Shown piece by piece: positions 17,626-27,489 of a stretch of 64,000 bases of DNA. Made by a program: the position numbers and the translations under genes. The DNA is from Acidimicrobiia bacterium (GTDB taxonomy: Bacteria; Actinomycetota; Acidimicrobiia; Spongiisociales; ZC4RG35), in assembly GCA_026002975.1 (NCBI GenBank), contig BPGJ01000012.1:4299-68298 (forward strand), in the 5' to 3' direction. Under the pieces are notes generated by a model, which was not told where the DNA came from, ran no database searches, and worked only from the letters and a program-made list of their open reading frames with translations. Positions within the stretch are counted from its first letter, which is position 1, and each line of letters opens with the position of its first letter.

Positions 17626-19410
17626 CTACCGGTCGTCGAGGAGGGCCTCGGGCACGTCCACCAGCTTGGCCCTCAGGTACTCGCCGAGGGTCTTGGCCTG
17701 GGGGTCGGTGCGGGTGGAGGAGGACACCCCTTCGCCGAGGAGACCCTTGACCACGAAGTTGAGGGCGTTCAGGTTGGGGAACTCGTACCGTTCGACCTCC
17801 AGCCCGGCCGCCTCGGGGATCAGCCGTCGGAACCGGTCGACGGTCAGGTAGGCGGCCAGCCAGGCGTAGCCGACGGGGTCGCGGGCCCAGACCCCGACGT
17901 TGGCGTTCCCTCCCTTGTCGCCCGACCGGGCGCCGGCGACCAGCCCGAGGGGAGCTCTGCGGGTCGGCCCGGTCGGTGCCGGGGGTATGGGAGTCGGGGC
18001 GACGTCGGCTTCGACGGGGCCGACCGGGCCCGTAGGAGGGACCACCTCGACTTCTCCTCCCAGCTCCACCGTCTGGGGTACCAGCTCGGCGGGCACCGCG
18101 GTGGGCCAGTAGACGGCGTAGGGCCGGGCGTCTTCCGGGGGGCCGGTCAGCACGAAACCCGGATAGTGGGCCAGGGCCATTTCCACCGCCTTCCGGGAGA
18201 ACGCGTCCCGTCCGACCTTGTCGGGATCCGGGTCCTTCACCGTGATCCGCAGATAGGCGAGGGCGTCTTCGTTGGTGGGCGGGTCGGGTCGGTCGGACCT
18301 GATCAGGGTTACGTCGGTCTCGGCGAACCGCTCCCTGCCGCCCACCGCCTTCCAGAGAGCCTCCTCGGCCAGCCTGGCCTTCTCCTCCACGTCGAGACCC
18401 GGGATGACGAAGGTGACCGTGTTGCGGTAACCCCCCAGGTAGTTGAGCGCCACCTTGACGGTCGGGGGTGGTGGTTCACCTTTGACTCCGGTCACCTCCA
18501 CCCGGTCGGGTCCCTGCTGCCGCAGCCTGATCGAGTCGAACCGGGCGGTGACGTCGGGATTCAGGTAGCGGAGCCCCCCGATCTCGTACAGGAGCTGGGC
18601 GGTGACGGTTCCCACCGAGACGAGACCCCCCGTACCGGGATGCTTGGTGACCACGAACGACCCGTCGGGACGCATCTCCACCAGGGGGAACCCGACGTGG
18701 TCGAGTCCGGGCACCTCCCGGAAGAAGGCGTAGTTGCCTCCCGTGGCCTGGGCGCCGCATTCGATGACGTGCCCGGCCACCAGCGCCCCCGCCAATCGGT
18801 CCCAGTCGTGGCGGCCCCAGCCGAATCGCCACGCTGCCGGACCGATGACCAGGGCGGCGTCGGTGACCCTTCCGGTGATCACCACGTCGGCTCCCCTCGC
18901 CAGTGCCCGGGCGATCCCCCAGCCGCCCAGGTAGGCGTTGGCGGTCACCGGGGTGACCCCGGATCCGGCCAGCGGAACCCCGGTGTCCATGTTGGCCAGC
19001 ATCTCGCCCGCGTCTTGCAGCTCGTCGAGACGGCCGAGGAGGTCGTCGCCTTCCACGGTGGCGATCCGCACCTCGAGACCGAGATCCCCGGCCAGCTTCC
19101 TGAGACGCTCCGCCAGCCCCCTCGGGTTGAGGCCGCCGGCGTTGGACACCACCTTGATCCCCTTCTCCACGCAGGTGGCCAGCACCTCCTCCATCTGGGC
19201 GAGGAAGGTGGTGGCATATCCACCGTCGGGATCCCGGGCTCGGGATCGCCAGAGGATGGCCATGGTCAGCTCGGCGAGGTAGTCACCGGTGAGGACGTCG
19301 ATCGGGCCTCCTTCCACCATCTCCCGGGCCGCCGAGAGGCGATCTCCGTAGAACCCCGAGCAGTTGGCTATCCGTAGGACCTCGCTCACCTGACCGATGC
19401 TAGGTGTCAC
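17626..19410 (-). CDS. Acyclic terpene utilization AtuA-family protein
   Basis: RIANCSGFYGDR, DYLAELTM, ANAYLGGWGI, ARSGDKGGNAN, DPQAKTLGE. Confidence 0.92.
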   Translation of the reverse strand: MTPSIGQVSEVLRIANCSGFYGDRLSAAREMVEGGPIDVLTGDYLAELTMAILWRSRARDPDGGYATTFLAQMEEVLATCVEKGIKVVSNAGGLNPRGLAERLRKLAGDLGLEVRIATVEGDDLLGRLDELQDAGEMLANMDTGVPLAGSGVTPVTANAYLGGWGIARALARGADVVITGRVTDAALVIGPAAWRFGWGRHDWDRLAGALVAGHVIECGAQATGGNYAFFREVPGLDHVGFPLVEMRPDGSFVVTKHPGTGGLVSVGTVTAQLLYEIGGLRYLNPDVTARFDSIRLRQQGPDRVEVTGVKGEPPPPTVKVALNYLGGYRNTVTFVIPGLDVEEKARLAEEALWKAVGGRERFAETDVTLIRSDRPDPPTNEDALAYLRITVKDPDPDKVGRDAFSRKAVEMALAHYPGFVLTGPPEDARPYAVYWPTAVPAELVPQTVELGGEVEVVPPTGPVGPVEADVAPTPIPPAPTGPTRRAPLGLVAGARSGDKGGNANVGVWARDPVGYAWLAAYLTVDRFRRLIPEAAGLEVERYEFPNLNALNFVVKGLLGEGVSSSTRTDPQAKTLGEYLRAKLVDVPEALLDDR

Positions 19411-19423
19411 CTAGATTGGCGGG

Positions 19424-20068
19424 ATGCGAATCCGGAATCCGGTGCGGGGTCTGCTCCACGGCGGAGCCGCGGTCGCGTCGCTCTTCGGGCTGGGCATTCT
19501 CCTAGCTGCCAACCGGGGTGGCGTGCCGGTGGGGGTGGCGGTCACCGTGTACGCCCTCTCCTTCGTGGCCTTGTTCACCGCCTCCAGCCTGTACCACTCC
19601 GGTCCCTGGTCGGAGGCCCGCCGCCGGATGATGCGTCGCCTGGATCATGCCGCCATCTTCCTGGCGGTGGCGGGCACCTACACGCCGATCGCGGTGGTCG
19701 GACTGGAAGGAACCTGGAGGTGGGCGACCCTGGTGGTGGTCTGGGTCACCGCAGGGGTGGGCATGGCGATGAAGCTGGCCGAGCGTCGGGTGTCGATCAG
19801 GACCAGCGCCGTTCTGCAGTCGGCGTTGGGATGGGCGGCGGTGCTGCCCATGTGGCAGGTGGCCCGCACCCTGGGTTGGGAGGTGGTGGCCTGGTTGGCG
19901 GTAGGCGGCTTGGTGTACACCTCGGGGATGGTGGTGATGGCGACGGGGAGGCCCCGTTTCTCCTCCCCCTGGTTCGGGCCGCACGAACTCTTCCATGTGG
20001 CGGTGGTCGTCGCGGGAGCGGTCCACTTCTCGGTGATCCTCCTCGCCGTGCTGCCCGCCGCGGGATGA
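19424..20068 (+). CDS. PAQR/hemolysin III-family membrane protein (TrhA-like)
   Basis: ASSLYH, LDHAAIFLAVAGTYTP, HELFH..V..H. Confidence 0.92.
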   Translation: MRIRNPVRGLLHGGAAVASLFGLGILLAANRGGVPVGVAVTVYALSFVALFTASSLYHSGPWSEARRRMMRRLDHAAIFLAVAGTYTPIAVVGLEGTWRWATLVVVWVTAGVGMAMKLAERRVSIRTSAVLQSALGWAAVLPMWQVARTLGWEVVAWLAVGGLVYTSGMVVMATGRPRFSSPWFGPHELFHVAVVVAGAVHFSVILLAVLPAAG

Positions 20069-20916
20069 GGAGGGCCGGGCCGCTGCTGGTGGTCGGGGCC
20101 GCGGTGCTGTGGGGCACCACCGGCACCGCTCAGGCTCTGGGACCGACAGCCGACCCCTTCTCGGTCGGGGCGGTTCGGCTGGCGGTGGGTGGGACCGGTC
20201 TGCTGGCCGCGGGAGCCCTCACCGGTGGTCTGGCCCGGATGCGGCGGCTGCCCCCCGGCCCGCTGGCCTTGGCCGCCCTCGGGGTCGCGGCCTACCAGCC
20301 TCTCTTCTTCGCCGGTGTGGGCCGATCCGGCGTCGCCATCGGGACGGTGGTGGCGATCGGGACTGGCCCGATCGTGGCGGGTCTCCTGGCCTTCCTGGTG
20401 GAGGGTTGGAGACCCACCCTCCGCTGGACGGCCGCCACCCTCGTAGCGGTGGCCGGGGTGGGTCTCATCGGGAGCCCAGGCGGGGAGGCCGACCTCTGGG
20501 GTGTGCTGTTGGCCGCGGGGGCGGGAACCTCCTACGCGGTGTACGCGGTGGTAGCCAAACGGATGCTGGACCGGGCGTCGCCGGTGACGGTGATGGCCGG
20601 GGTGTTCGGCCTCGGCGCCGCCCTGTCCCTACCCGGGCTCCTCATGGTGGACCTGTCCTGGCTGGGGAGGCCCGACGGGATGCTGATGGCGGCCTGGCTC
20701 GGGTTGGGGGCTACCACCGCCTCCTACCTGCTGTTCGGATTGGGCTTGAGGCTGACCCCGGTGGCCAACGCCGTGACCCTGTCGCTGGCGGAGCCGCTCA
20801 CCGCGGTGGCCTTGGGGGTGATGGTCCTGTCGGAGAGACCACCGGCCACCGCTTGGGTGGGAGCCTTCCTCCTCCTGGCGGGTCTGGCGGTGGCGGGAAC
20901 GGAGGTGGAGGAGTGA
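20065..20916 (+). CDS. EamA/DMT-family transporter
   Basis: LWGTTGTAQ, two EamA repeats, LAEPLTA. Confidence 0.9.
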   Translation: MRRAGPLLVVGAAVLWGTTGTAQALGPTADPFSVGAVRLAVGGTGLLAAGALTGGLARMRRLPPGPLALAALGVAAYQPLFFAGVGRSGVAIGTVVAIGTGPIVAGLLAFLVEGWRPTLRWTAATLVAVAGVGLIGSPGGEADLWGVLLAAGAGTSYAVYAVVAKRMLDRASPVTVMAGVFGLGAALSLPGLLMVDLSWLGRPDGMLMAAWLGLGATTASYLLFGLGLRLTPVANAVTLSLAEPLTAVALGVMVLSERPPATAWVGAFLLLAGLAVAGTEVEE

Positions 20917-21113
20917 TCCCGGTGGCGGTCTATTCGAGCCGCGCCGAGGCGGAGCTGGCCCGGGCGCTCCTCGAGCAGGCGGGTATCCCGGCGGTGATCG
21001 AAGCCGACGATGCAGGTGGCATGTATCCGTCGATGGCCGCGCTGGGGGTCAGGCTGTGTGTCTCGCCTGGGGACGTCGAGGAGGCCGAGGCGGTGCTGGC
21101 CGACGCGGATTAG
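20913..21113 (+). CDS. DUF2007-like small protein
   Basis: VAVYSSRAEAELARALLEQAGIPAVI..GVRLCV; GTGA overlap with upstream stop. Confidence 0.8.
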   Translation: MIPVAVYSSRAEAELARALLEQAGIPAVIEADDAGGMYPSMAALGVRLCVSPGDVEEAEAVLADAD

Positions 21114-22558
21114 CTCCGGGTCAACCAGCTCGCCTCTCCACACAGAGCCTCCACCCGGTCGGGTTCCACCGGCACCGTCCGGGTCAGGATCTCCACACCC
21201 GATTCGGTGACCAGGACGTCGTCTTCGATTCGGATCCCGACGCCCACCAGCTCCTCGGGGATGGTGTGCACGAGCTTCTCGGCTCTCTCCAACTCCTCCC
21301 GTTCCTTGGCCTTGGCCGCTTCGAGGCCCTCCAACAGCCGGCGTTCCAGCCAAGCGTCGAGGTCGTACTCGAGGAGGCGGAACTCGACCTCGGTGCGGTC
21401 GGCCGGCACGTAGATGCCCGGTTCGACGGTGAACACCATGCCGGGCTCCAAGCAGGTGGGGCGCCCATCCACCCGGTAGGGACCCGCGTCGTGGACGTCC
21501 ACCCCCAGCCAGTGGCTGGTGCCGTGCATGAAGAACGCCCGGTAGTGGTGCATGGCCAGCGACTCCTCCACCCCCAGGGGGAGCAGACCGAGTTCGACCA
21601 TGGCCCCACACAGCACCTCCACTGCCCGGTCGTGTACCTCCCGGATACCGACCCCGGGCCGGGCGACCCGGATCGCCTCCCGCTGGGCCTCCAAGACGGC
21701 CTCGTAGACGGCCCGTTGAGGAGGGGTGAACTTCCCCGACGCCGGGAAGGTGCGGGTGATGTCGGCGGTGTAGTAGTCGATCTCGCACCCGGCGTCGATC
21801 AGCACCAGGTCACCGTCTTCGATCTGTCGGTCGTTGTCGGTGTAGTGGAGGATCACCGTGTTGGGGCCCGACGCCACGATCGACGGATACCCGTTGCGGC
21901 GGGACCCGCCCTCCCGCCACACGTACTCCATCGCCGCCTGCACCTGATACTCGTAGAGGCCGGGGCGGCAGAACCGCATCGCCTCCCGATGCCCCTCGGC
22001 GGAGAGCTCACAGGCCGCCCTGAGGCTCTCGATCTCGGATCCCGACTTGCGGAGCCGCATACGCCCGAGGAGATCGTGGAGGTCCCGGACTGCAGCGGGA
22101 GCCGGCTTCCCCATCCGGTCCCGGTAGCTGCGGGCCTTCTCGATGAGGGACGCGACCCGCCGGTCGTGGCGGGGATCACCGATCCGGTAGTAGAGGACCT
22201 CCCTCCCGACCATCAGCCGGGACAGGACCTGGTCCAACCGGTCGATCGGATAGGCGGCGTCGGCTCCGTACCGGCTCATCGCTCCTTCCACCCCGGCTCG
22301 GACACCGGTCCAGGTCTCGGCTTCGGGATCTCGGGGTCTGACGAACAGGTGGAAGTCCCCGTCGGGATGACCCGGCACCAGCACCGCCACCGCGTCCGGC
22401 TCTTCGAAACCGGTCAGGTAGAAGAAGTCGGAGTCTTGCCGGAACTCGTGGTGGACGTCGTGGTTGCGAACGGTCTCTGATCCCGCCGGTACCAGGGCGA
22501 TTCCCTCGGAGCCGAGCTGGGCAGCCAGGCGTGCACGGTTCTCGGCGAAGCGGTCCAT
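21110..22558 (-). CDS. pepP: Xaa-Pro aminopeptidase P
   Basis: FRQDSDFFYLTG, DAGCE, DITRT, HWLGVDVHD, EPGIY, GIRIEDD. Confidence 0.93.
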   Translation of the reverse strand: MDRFAENRARLAAQLGSEGIALVPAGSETVRNHDVHHEFRQDSDFFYLTGFEEPDAVAVLVPGHPDGDFHLFVRPRDPEAETWTGVRAGVEGAMSRYGADAAYPIDRLDQVLSRLMVGREVLYYRIGDPRHDRRVASLIEKARSYRDRMGKPAPAAVRDLHDLLGRMRLRKSGSEIESLRAACELSAEGHREAMRFCRPGLYEYQVQAAMEYVWREGGSRRNGYPSIVASGPNTVILHYTDNDRQIEDGDLVLIDAGCEIDYYTADITRTFPASGKFTPPQRAVYEAVLEAQREAIRVARPGVGIREVHDRAVEVLCGAMVELGLLPLGVEESLAMHHYRAFFMHGTSHWLGVDVHDAGPYRVDGRPTCLEPGMVFTVEPGIYVPADRTEVEFRLLEYDLDAWLERRLLEGLEAAKAKEREELERAEKLVHTIPEELVGVGIRIEDDVLVTESGVEILTRTVPVEPDRVEALCGEASWLTRS

Positions 22559-22576
22559 GCCTCACAGTCTGGCAGG

Positions 22577-23503
22577 TCAGCGGGTGACGACCAGATCCAC
22601 CACCAGGGGGAAATGATCCGACCCGAGGGCCGGGCCGAGTCGACGGTCGGCCACGACCAGCCCTTCGCCGAACACCAGATGGTCGATGGGGATGCGGAGC
22701 AACGGATTCCGGTCGGCCGGGTAGGTGGCTTGCAACCCGAATCCCCGCATCGAGTCGGTCAGGCCACCCTGGGCGAGGAGCCGTCGGAACGCCCAAGACC
22801 AGGGAGTCGCGTTGAAGTCGCCTACCACCACCACCCGTGAGTCCTGCGACGAAGCCCATCGGGCGGCGAACAGGAGCTGGGCGTCCCGCAGCCCGGCCCT
22901 CCTTCCGTCCGACGGGGCCACCGGATGCACCCCGAGGATCCGGATCGGGGTGCCCCGATCGGCGGTCAAGGTCACCTCCACCGACCGGGGCTGCTCCTCG
23001 GCGAAGCCGTAGGACACGACCCGGGCGTCCTCCGGGACCAGAACCAGGGTGCCGAACACCAGCTCCGGGTCCTGGCCGGCGACCAGTCGATATGGGAGGG
23101 CCCGGATCTCGGGGGCCTCGGACCAGTCGCGGGTGGCTTCGTGGAGGAACACCACGTCTGCGTCCTGCTCGGCCAGGAAGTCGGCCACCGCCCCGAAGTT
23201 GCGGTTGTCACCCTTGAGGTTGAAGCTCACCACCCGGAGACTCTCGGCGGTCACCACCCCCTCGACCGGCGGCGCCACGTAGAGGGGGACGACCACCGCC
23301 AGGTTGGCTACCGCCCCGACCGCGGCGAGGGTGGCCCAGCGGCGTCGACCACCGACCAACAGCAGGCCGGTCGACGCGGCGAGGAGAGCCGCCAGGTGGG
23401 GACGGAAGTTGGCGGCCAGGTCGAGCATCCACCACCACCGGCCGCCGAACGCGGCCAGCGACACCACCGTCAGCACCGCCGCGGCGCCGGCGACCAGGGT
23501 CAC
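22577..23503 (-). CDS. Membrane-anchored endonuclease/exonuclease/phosphatase (EEP) protein
   Basis: N-terminal TMs, SFNL, GDFNATPW, IDH, SDHFP. Confidence 0.9.
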   Translation of the reverse strand: MTLVAGAAAVLTVVSLAAFGGRWWWMLDLAANFRPHLAALLAASTGLLLVGGRRRWATLAAVGAVANLAVVVPLYVAPPVEGVVTAESLRVVSFNLKGDNRNFGAVADFLAEQDADVVFLHEATRDWSEAPEIRALPYRLVAGQDPELVFGTLVLVPEDARVVSYGFAEEQPRSVEVTLTADRGTPIRILGVHPVAPSDGRRAGLRDAQLLFAARWASSQDSRVVVVGDFNATPWSWAFRRLLAQGGLTDSMRGFGLQATYPADRNPLLRIPIDHLVFGEGLVVADRRLGPALGSDHFPLVVDLVVTR

Positions 23504-23509
23504 CGTGGA

Positions 23510-24388
23510 TCAGATCCGACGGAGCCAGTCGGCCAACGCCCGCCCGATCTCGTCCGGTGAATCCTCCTGGATGAAATGGATCCCCCGCACGGTGACCTTC
23601 TCCTGGTTGGGCCATTCCTCGCAGACCGGACGCATCAGGGGGCTCAGGAACCCGGGATCGGCATCGACGAACAGCTTGGGGACGTCGCTTCGGCTCAGCC
23701 AATCCCGGTATCGGGCCACGGTTTCGGCCACGTCGGGAGGGTCCCCGCCGATGGGGATCTGGCGGGGCCAGGTGAGGGTGGGTCGGCGGTCTTCGCCGGG
23801 CCGTCGGAAAGGCCTGCGGTACTCCTCCATCACCTCGGGCGGGAGCGGGTCGAGGACCGACGCGGGGAGGATCCGCTCCACGAACACGTTCTTGGCGAGG
23901 ATGATCTCCTCGCCCGCCTCGGTCCGCAGAGCCTGGAACAACCCGCGGGACGGCTCCGGCCAGGCATCCCACGAGTCGAGCGGAGCGACGATCGTCTCCA
24001 TGTAGGCGATCCCCGCCACGGACCGGGGGTGACGCCGCGCCCAGTCGAAGCCGAGGGCGCCCCCCCAGTCGTGTACGACCAGCACCACGTCTTCGGTGAC
24101 TCCCATCACCTCGAGGAGGGCGTCCAGATACCGCCGGTGATCCGAGAAGGTGTAGGTGTTGGATCCGGACGGCACGAGTTTGGCCGAGTCGCCCATGCCG
24201 ATCAGGTCGGGAGCGATGCACCGACCCAGGGACGAGACGTGGGGTATGACACCTCGCCACAGGTAGGAGGAAGTGGGGTTCCCGTGGAGGAACACGATGG
24301 GGCGGCCCTTTCCGCTCTCGTGGTAGGCCATCCGAAGGCCCAGCACCTCCACCTTCTTCTTCTTCAGGGGTTTGGCGGGGGCGGGCAT
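23510..24388 (-). CDS. Haloalkane dehalogenase (DhaA/LinB-like)
   Basis: LHGNPTSSYLWR, PDLIGMG, VHDWG nucleophile motif, WPRQIP, HFIQED. Confidence 0.92.
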   Translation of the reverse strand: MPAPAKPLKKKKVEVLGLRMAYHESGKGRPIVFLHGNPTSSYLWRGVIPHVSSLGRCIAPDLIGMGDSAKLVPSGSNTYTFSDHRRYLDALLEVMGVTEDVVLVVHDWGGALGFDWARRHPRSVAGIAYMETIVAPLDSWDAWPEPSRGLFQALRTEAGEEIILAKNVFVERILPASVLDPLPPEVMEEYRRPFRRPGEDRRPTLTWPRQIPIGGDPPDVAETVARYRDWLSRSDVPKLFVDADPGFLSPLMRPVCEEWPNQEKVTVRGIHFIQEDSPDEIGRALADWLRRI

Positions 24389-24429
24389 GGACCCCACGCT
24401 AGCCATCATCGGTTGAGCCGGGTTGGGTC

Positions 24430-25783
24430 TCAGCCCAGGATTTCCCGGAGCACCCGGATCTGCTCCCGCACCGACTCGACGGAACCGCCCCCCGGGGTGG
24501 CGCGACGGCGCACCGACTCGGAGGGGTCGGCCAGGGAGACGTCCTCCGGCCTGAAGTCGGGATGGGCTCCGGCCAGGTCCTGATAGGTGACCGAACCCAG
24601 GTCCCGACCCTGGTTCTCGAGGCGCGCCACCAGGCGGCCCACCGCACGGTGGGCCTGGCGGAAAGGCACCCCCCGGGAGACCAGCGCCTCGGCCAGGTCG
24701 AGGGCGGTGACCGACGGGGTGGGCGGCGGAGGGTGGAACCTGGCCGACGCCAACATGGGCGCCAGGACCTCGAGGGTGCCGGCCAGGAGGTCGTCGGCTC
24801 GGAACACCGCCTGTTTGTCCTGTTGGAGGTCCCGGTTGTAGGTGAGGGGCAGCGCCTTCTGGACCACCAGCAGGTCGACCAGGGCCCCGACCGCAGCTCC
24901 CACCCGGCCCCGGGCCAGCTCGGCGACGTCGGGGTTCCTCTTGTGGGGAAGCGCCGAGCTTCCGGTGGTGAACGAGTCCGGCAGCGTCACCCATCCGAAC
25001 TCGGTCCCCGACCACAACACGACCTCCTCGGCGAGACGGGACAGGTCCACCATGGTCTGGGCGCAGCACCACACGTATTCGGACACCAGGTCCCGGGACG
25101 CGACCGCGTCCATCGAGTTGCGGAACACCCGGGAGAATCCCAGCCGTCTCGCGGCTTCGCTCGGGTCGAGGGCCAGGGTCGATCCGGCCGAGGCTCCCGC
25201 CCCGAGCGGGGACTCGTCCAGCCGCCGGCCCACGTCGGCGAACCGGTCCCGGTCGCGGAGCAGCGCCCAGGCATGGGCCAGGAGATGATGGCCCAACGGC
25301 ACCGCCTGAGCCTGCTGCAGGTGGGTGTAGGAGGGCACCACCACCTCGGCGTGGGTCTCGGCCAGGTCGGCCAGCACACCGACCAGCCGGGCGATCTGCT
25401 CCGACCGGCCGGCCGCCGACCGGCGGAGATGGAGCCGGATGTCGAGGGCGACCTGGTCGTTGCGGGACCGGCCGGTGTGGAGTTTCTCGCCCACCTCCCC
25501 CACCAGCTCGACCAGCTCGCCGCTCCACCGCGGTGTGGACGTCCTCGTCGGTGGCGAAGAACTCGAAGGTTCCGTTCTGGGCTTCCTCCAGGATCCGGCG
25601 CAGGCCGTCCTCCAGCCGGCGATGCTCCTCTTCGGTGATGATCCCCACCTGGTGGAGCATCCCGACGTGGGCGATGGAGCCCTCCACGTCGACTTCGAGG
25701 AGACGCCGGTCGTCCGGGGTCGCCGTGTACCGCCAGACCCGGGCGTCGGGATCCTCGGAGAACCGACCCGACCAGAGGGTCAT
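24430..25783 (-). CDS. argH: Argininosuccinate lyase, one frameshift near 25516
   Basis: MTLWSGRF..EDVHTAVER, then LHTGRSRNDQV, YTHLQ, GSSALPHKRNPD, YNRDLQ in the shifted frame. Confidence 0.92.
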
Positions 25784-25787
25784 CCGG

Positions 25788-26990
25788 TCACTCTCCTTCA
25801 CCGAGACGCTGTTCGGCGAGTTTGCGGAGACGGAGTGCGTTCAGCCGGATGAACCCGGCGGCGTCGGCCTGGTCGTACACGTCGTCCTCTTCGAAGGTGA
25901 CCGTCGCCCGGTCGTACAGGTCGTACCGGTCGGAGCGTCTCCCCTCCACCACCACGGAACCCTTGTAGAGCTTCAGTCGGGCCTCCCCGTTGACCCTCTT
26001 CTGGACTTCGTCCATGAACGCCTGCAGGGCCTGCCTCTCGGGCGAGAACCAGAAACCGTTGTAGACCATCTCGGCGTATCTCGGGACCAGTTCGTCTCGC
26101 AGGTGGGCCACCTCCCGGTCGAGGGTGATCGACTCGACCGCACGGTGGGCGTGCAGGAGGATGGTTCCCCCGGGGGTTTCGTACACTCCCCGGCTCTTCA
26201 TCCCCACGAACCGATTCTCCACGATGTCCACCCGGCCCACGCCGTGCCGGCCGCCCAGCTCGTTCAGCTTCTGGAGGAGCTCCACCGGTCCGAGCCGCTG
26301 CCCGTCGACCGACACCGGGTTGCCCCTCTCGAACCCGACCGTCACCCATTCGGGTTGGTCGGGAGCGTCCTCGGGGTCGGTGGTCATCCGGAACATGCCG
26401 GGCGGGGGCGCGGCCCAGGGATCCTCGAGGATCCCCCCTTCGTAGGAGACGTGGAGGAGGTTGGCGTCCATCGAGTAGGGGCGCTCCGGGGTGACCGGCA
26501 CCGGGATGGACCGGCTCTCGGCGTAGCGGATCAGATCGGCTCGACCCTTCAGCTTCCACTCCCGCCACGGGGCGATCACCTTGATCTGGGGGTCGATGGC
26601 GTAGGCCGACAGTTCGAACCGGACCTGGTCGTTTCCCTTCCCGGTGGCGCCGTGGGCGATCGCGTCGGCTCCCCGGCTCTTGGCGACCCTCATCAACCCG
26701 CGGGTGATGATCGGGCGGGCCAGCGAGGTACCCAACAGGTAGTAGCCCTCGTAGACCGCGTTGGCCCGGAGGGCCGGGAACACCGCGTCGACCACGAACT
26801 CCTCACGGAGGTCTTCCACCACCGCTTCGACCGCTCCGGTCTGCAAGGCCTTCTCCCGGGCCTCCGACACCTCTTCGCCCTGACCGACGTCGGCGGTGTA
26901 GGCGATCACCTCCGCTCCGTACTCCTCCCGCAGCCACGCCAGGATCACCGACGTGTCCAAACCTCCTGAATATGCCAACACGACCTTCAT
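25788..26990 (-). CDS. argG: Argininosuccinate synthase
   Basis: [34 protein letters not shown]. Confidence 0.97.
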   Translation of the reverse strand: MKVVLAYSGGLDTSVILAWLREEYGAEVIAYTADVGQGEEVSEAREKALQTGAVEAVVEDLREEFVVDAVFPALRANAVYEGYYLLGTSLARPIITRGLMRVAKSRGADAIAHGATGKGNDQVRFELSAYAIDPQIKVIAPWREWKLKGRADLIRYAESRSIPVPVTPERPYSMDANLLHVSYEGGILEDPWAAPPPGMFRMTTDPEDAPDQPEWVTVGFERGNPVSVDGQRLGPVELLQKLNELGGRHGVGRVDIVENRFVGMKSRGVYETPGGTILLHAHRAVESITLDREVAHLRDELVPRYAEMVYNGFWFSPERQALQAFMDEVQKRVNGEARLKLYKGSVVVEGRRSDRYDLYDRATVTFEEDDVYDQADAAGFIRLNALRLRKLAEQRLGEGE

Positions 26991-27003
26991 GTCGTCCGCT
27001 CCC

Positions 27004-27453
27004 TCACCTGTCCGCTCCGATCTCCTCGAGTTTGTGGGCCAGGCCCCGACCGGTCACCTGTTCGCTGGCGACCACCAGCACGGTGTCGTCGCCCGCCACG
27101 GTTCCCAACACGCCGTTCAACCCGGCGGCGTCGATCGCCGCGGCCACCACCTGGGCAGCCCCCGGAGGGGTCTTCAACACCACCAGGTTCCCCGACGAGC
27201 CGACGGACGAGACGAACTCGTCGATCACCCGTGCCAGGGCGTCGAGCGCCTCGTCGGGGTCGACGTCCCTCAGTCGGTAGCGCCCGTCGCGCCCCTTCCC
27301 CGCCCCCAACGCCCGGAGGTCCCGGGAGATGGTGGCTTGGGTCACCCGGAAGCCCCGCCCGGCGAGTAGGGACACCAACTCGGCCTGGCTCCTGGGGGCC
27401 CGCTCCTCGAGGAGGCTGCGGAGGGCCCGGCGACGGGCGGCGGTGGTGGGCAT
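27004..27453 (-). CDS. argR: Arginine repressor
   Basis: [24 protein letters not shown]. Confidence 0.95.
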   Translation of the reverse strand: MPTTAARRRALRSLLEERAPRSQAELVSLLAGRGFRVTQATISRDLRALGAGKGRDGRYRLRDVDPDEALDALARVIDEFVSSVGSSGNLVVLKTPPGAAQVVAAAIDAAGLNGVLGTVAGDDTVLVVASEQVTGRGLAHKLEEIGADR

Positions 27454-27470
27454 GGTCCGAGTATACGGGG

Positions 27471-27488
27471 TATGCGCATATGCGTATA
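27471..27488. promoter_or_regulatory. ARG-box-like operator upstream of argR
   Basis: TATGCGCATATGCGTATA, exact reverse complement of 31752-31769. Confidence 0.75.
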
Positions 27489-27489
27489 C

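Noticed and set aside
6148-25783. Programmed frameshifting in pirin, khtT or argH
   Set aside because: No slippery heptamers or stimulatory structures are evident; scattered single indels fit sequencing error better.
23510-25801. 763-aa ArgH-dehalogenase 'fusion'
   Set aside because: Artefact of the argH frameshift near 25516; the middle is an off-frame read of argH.
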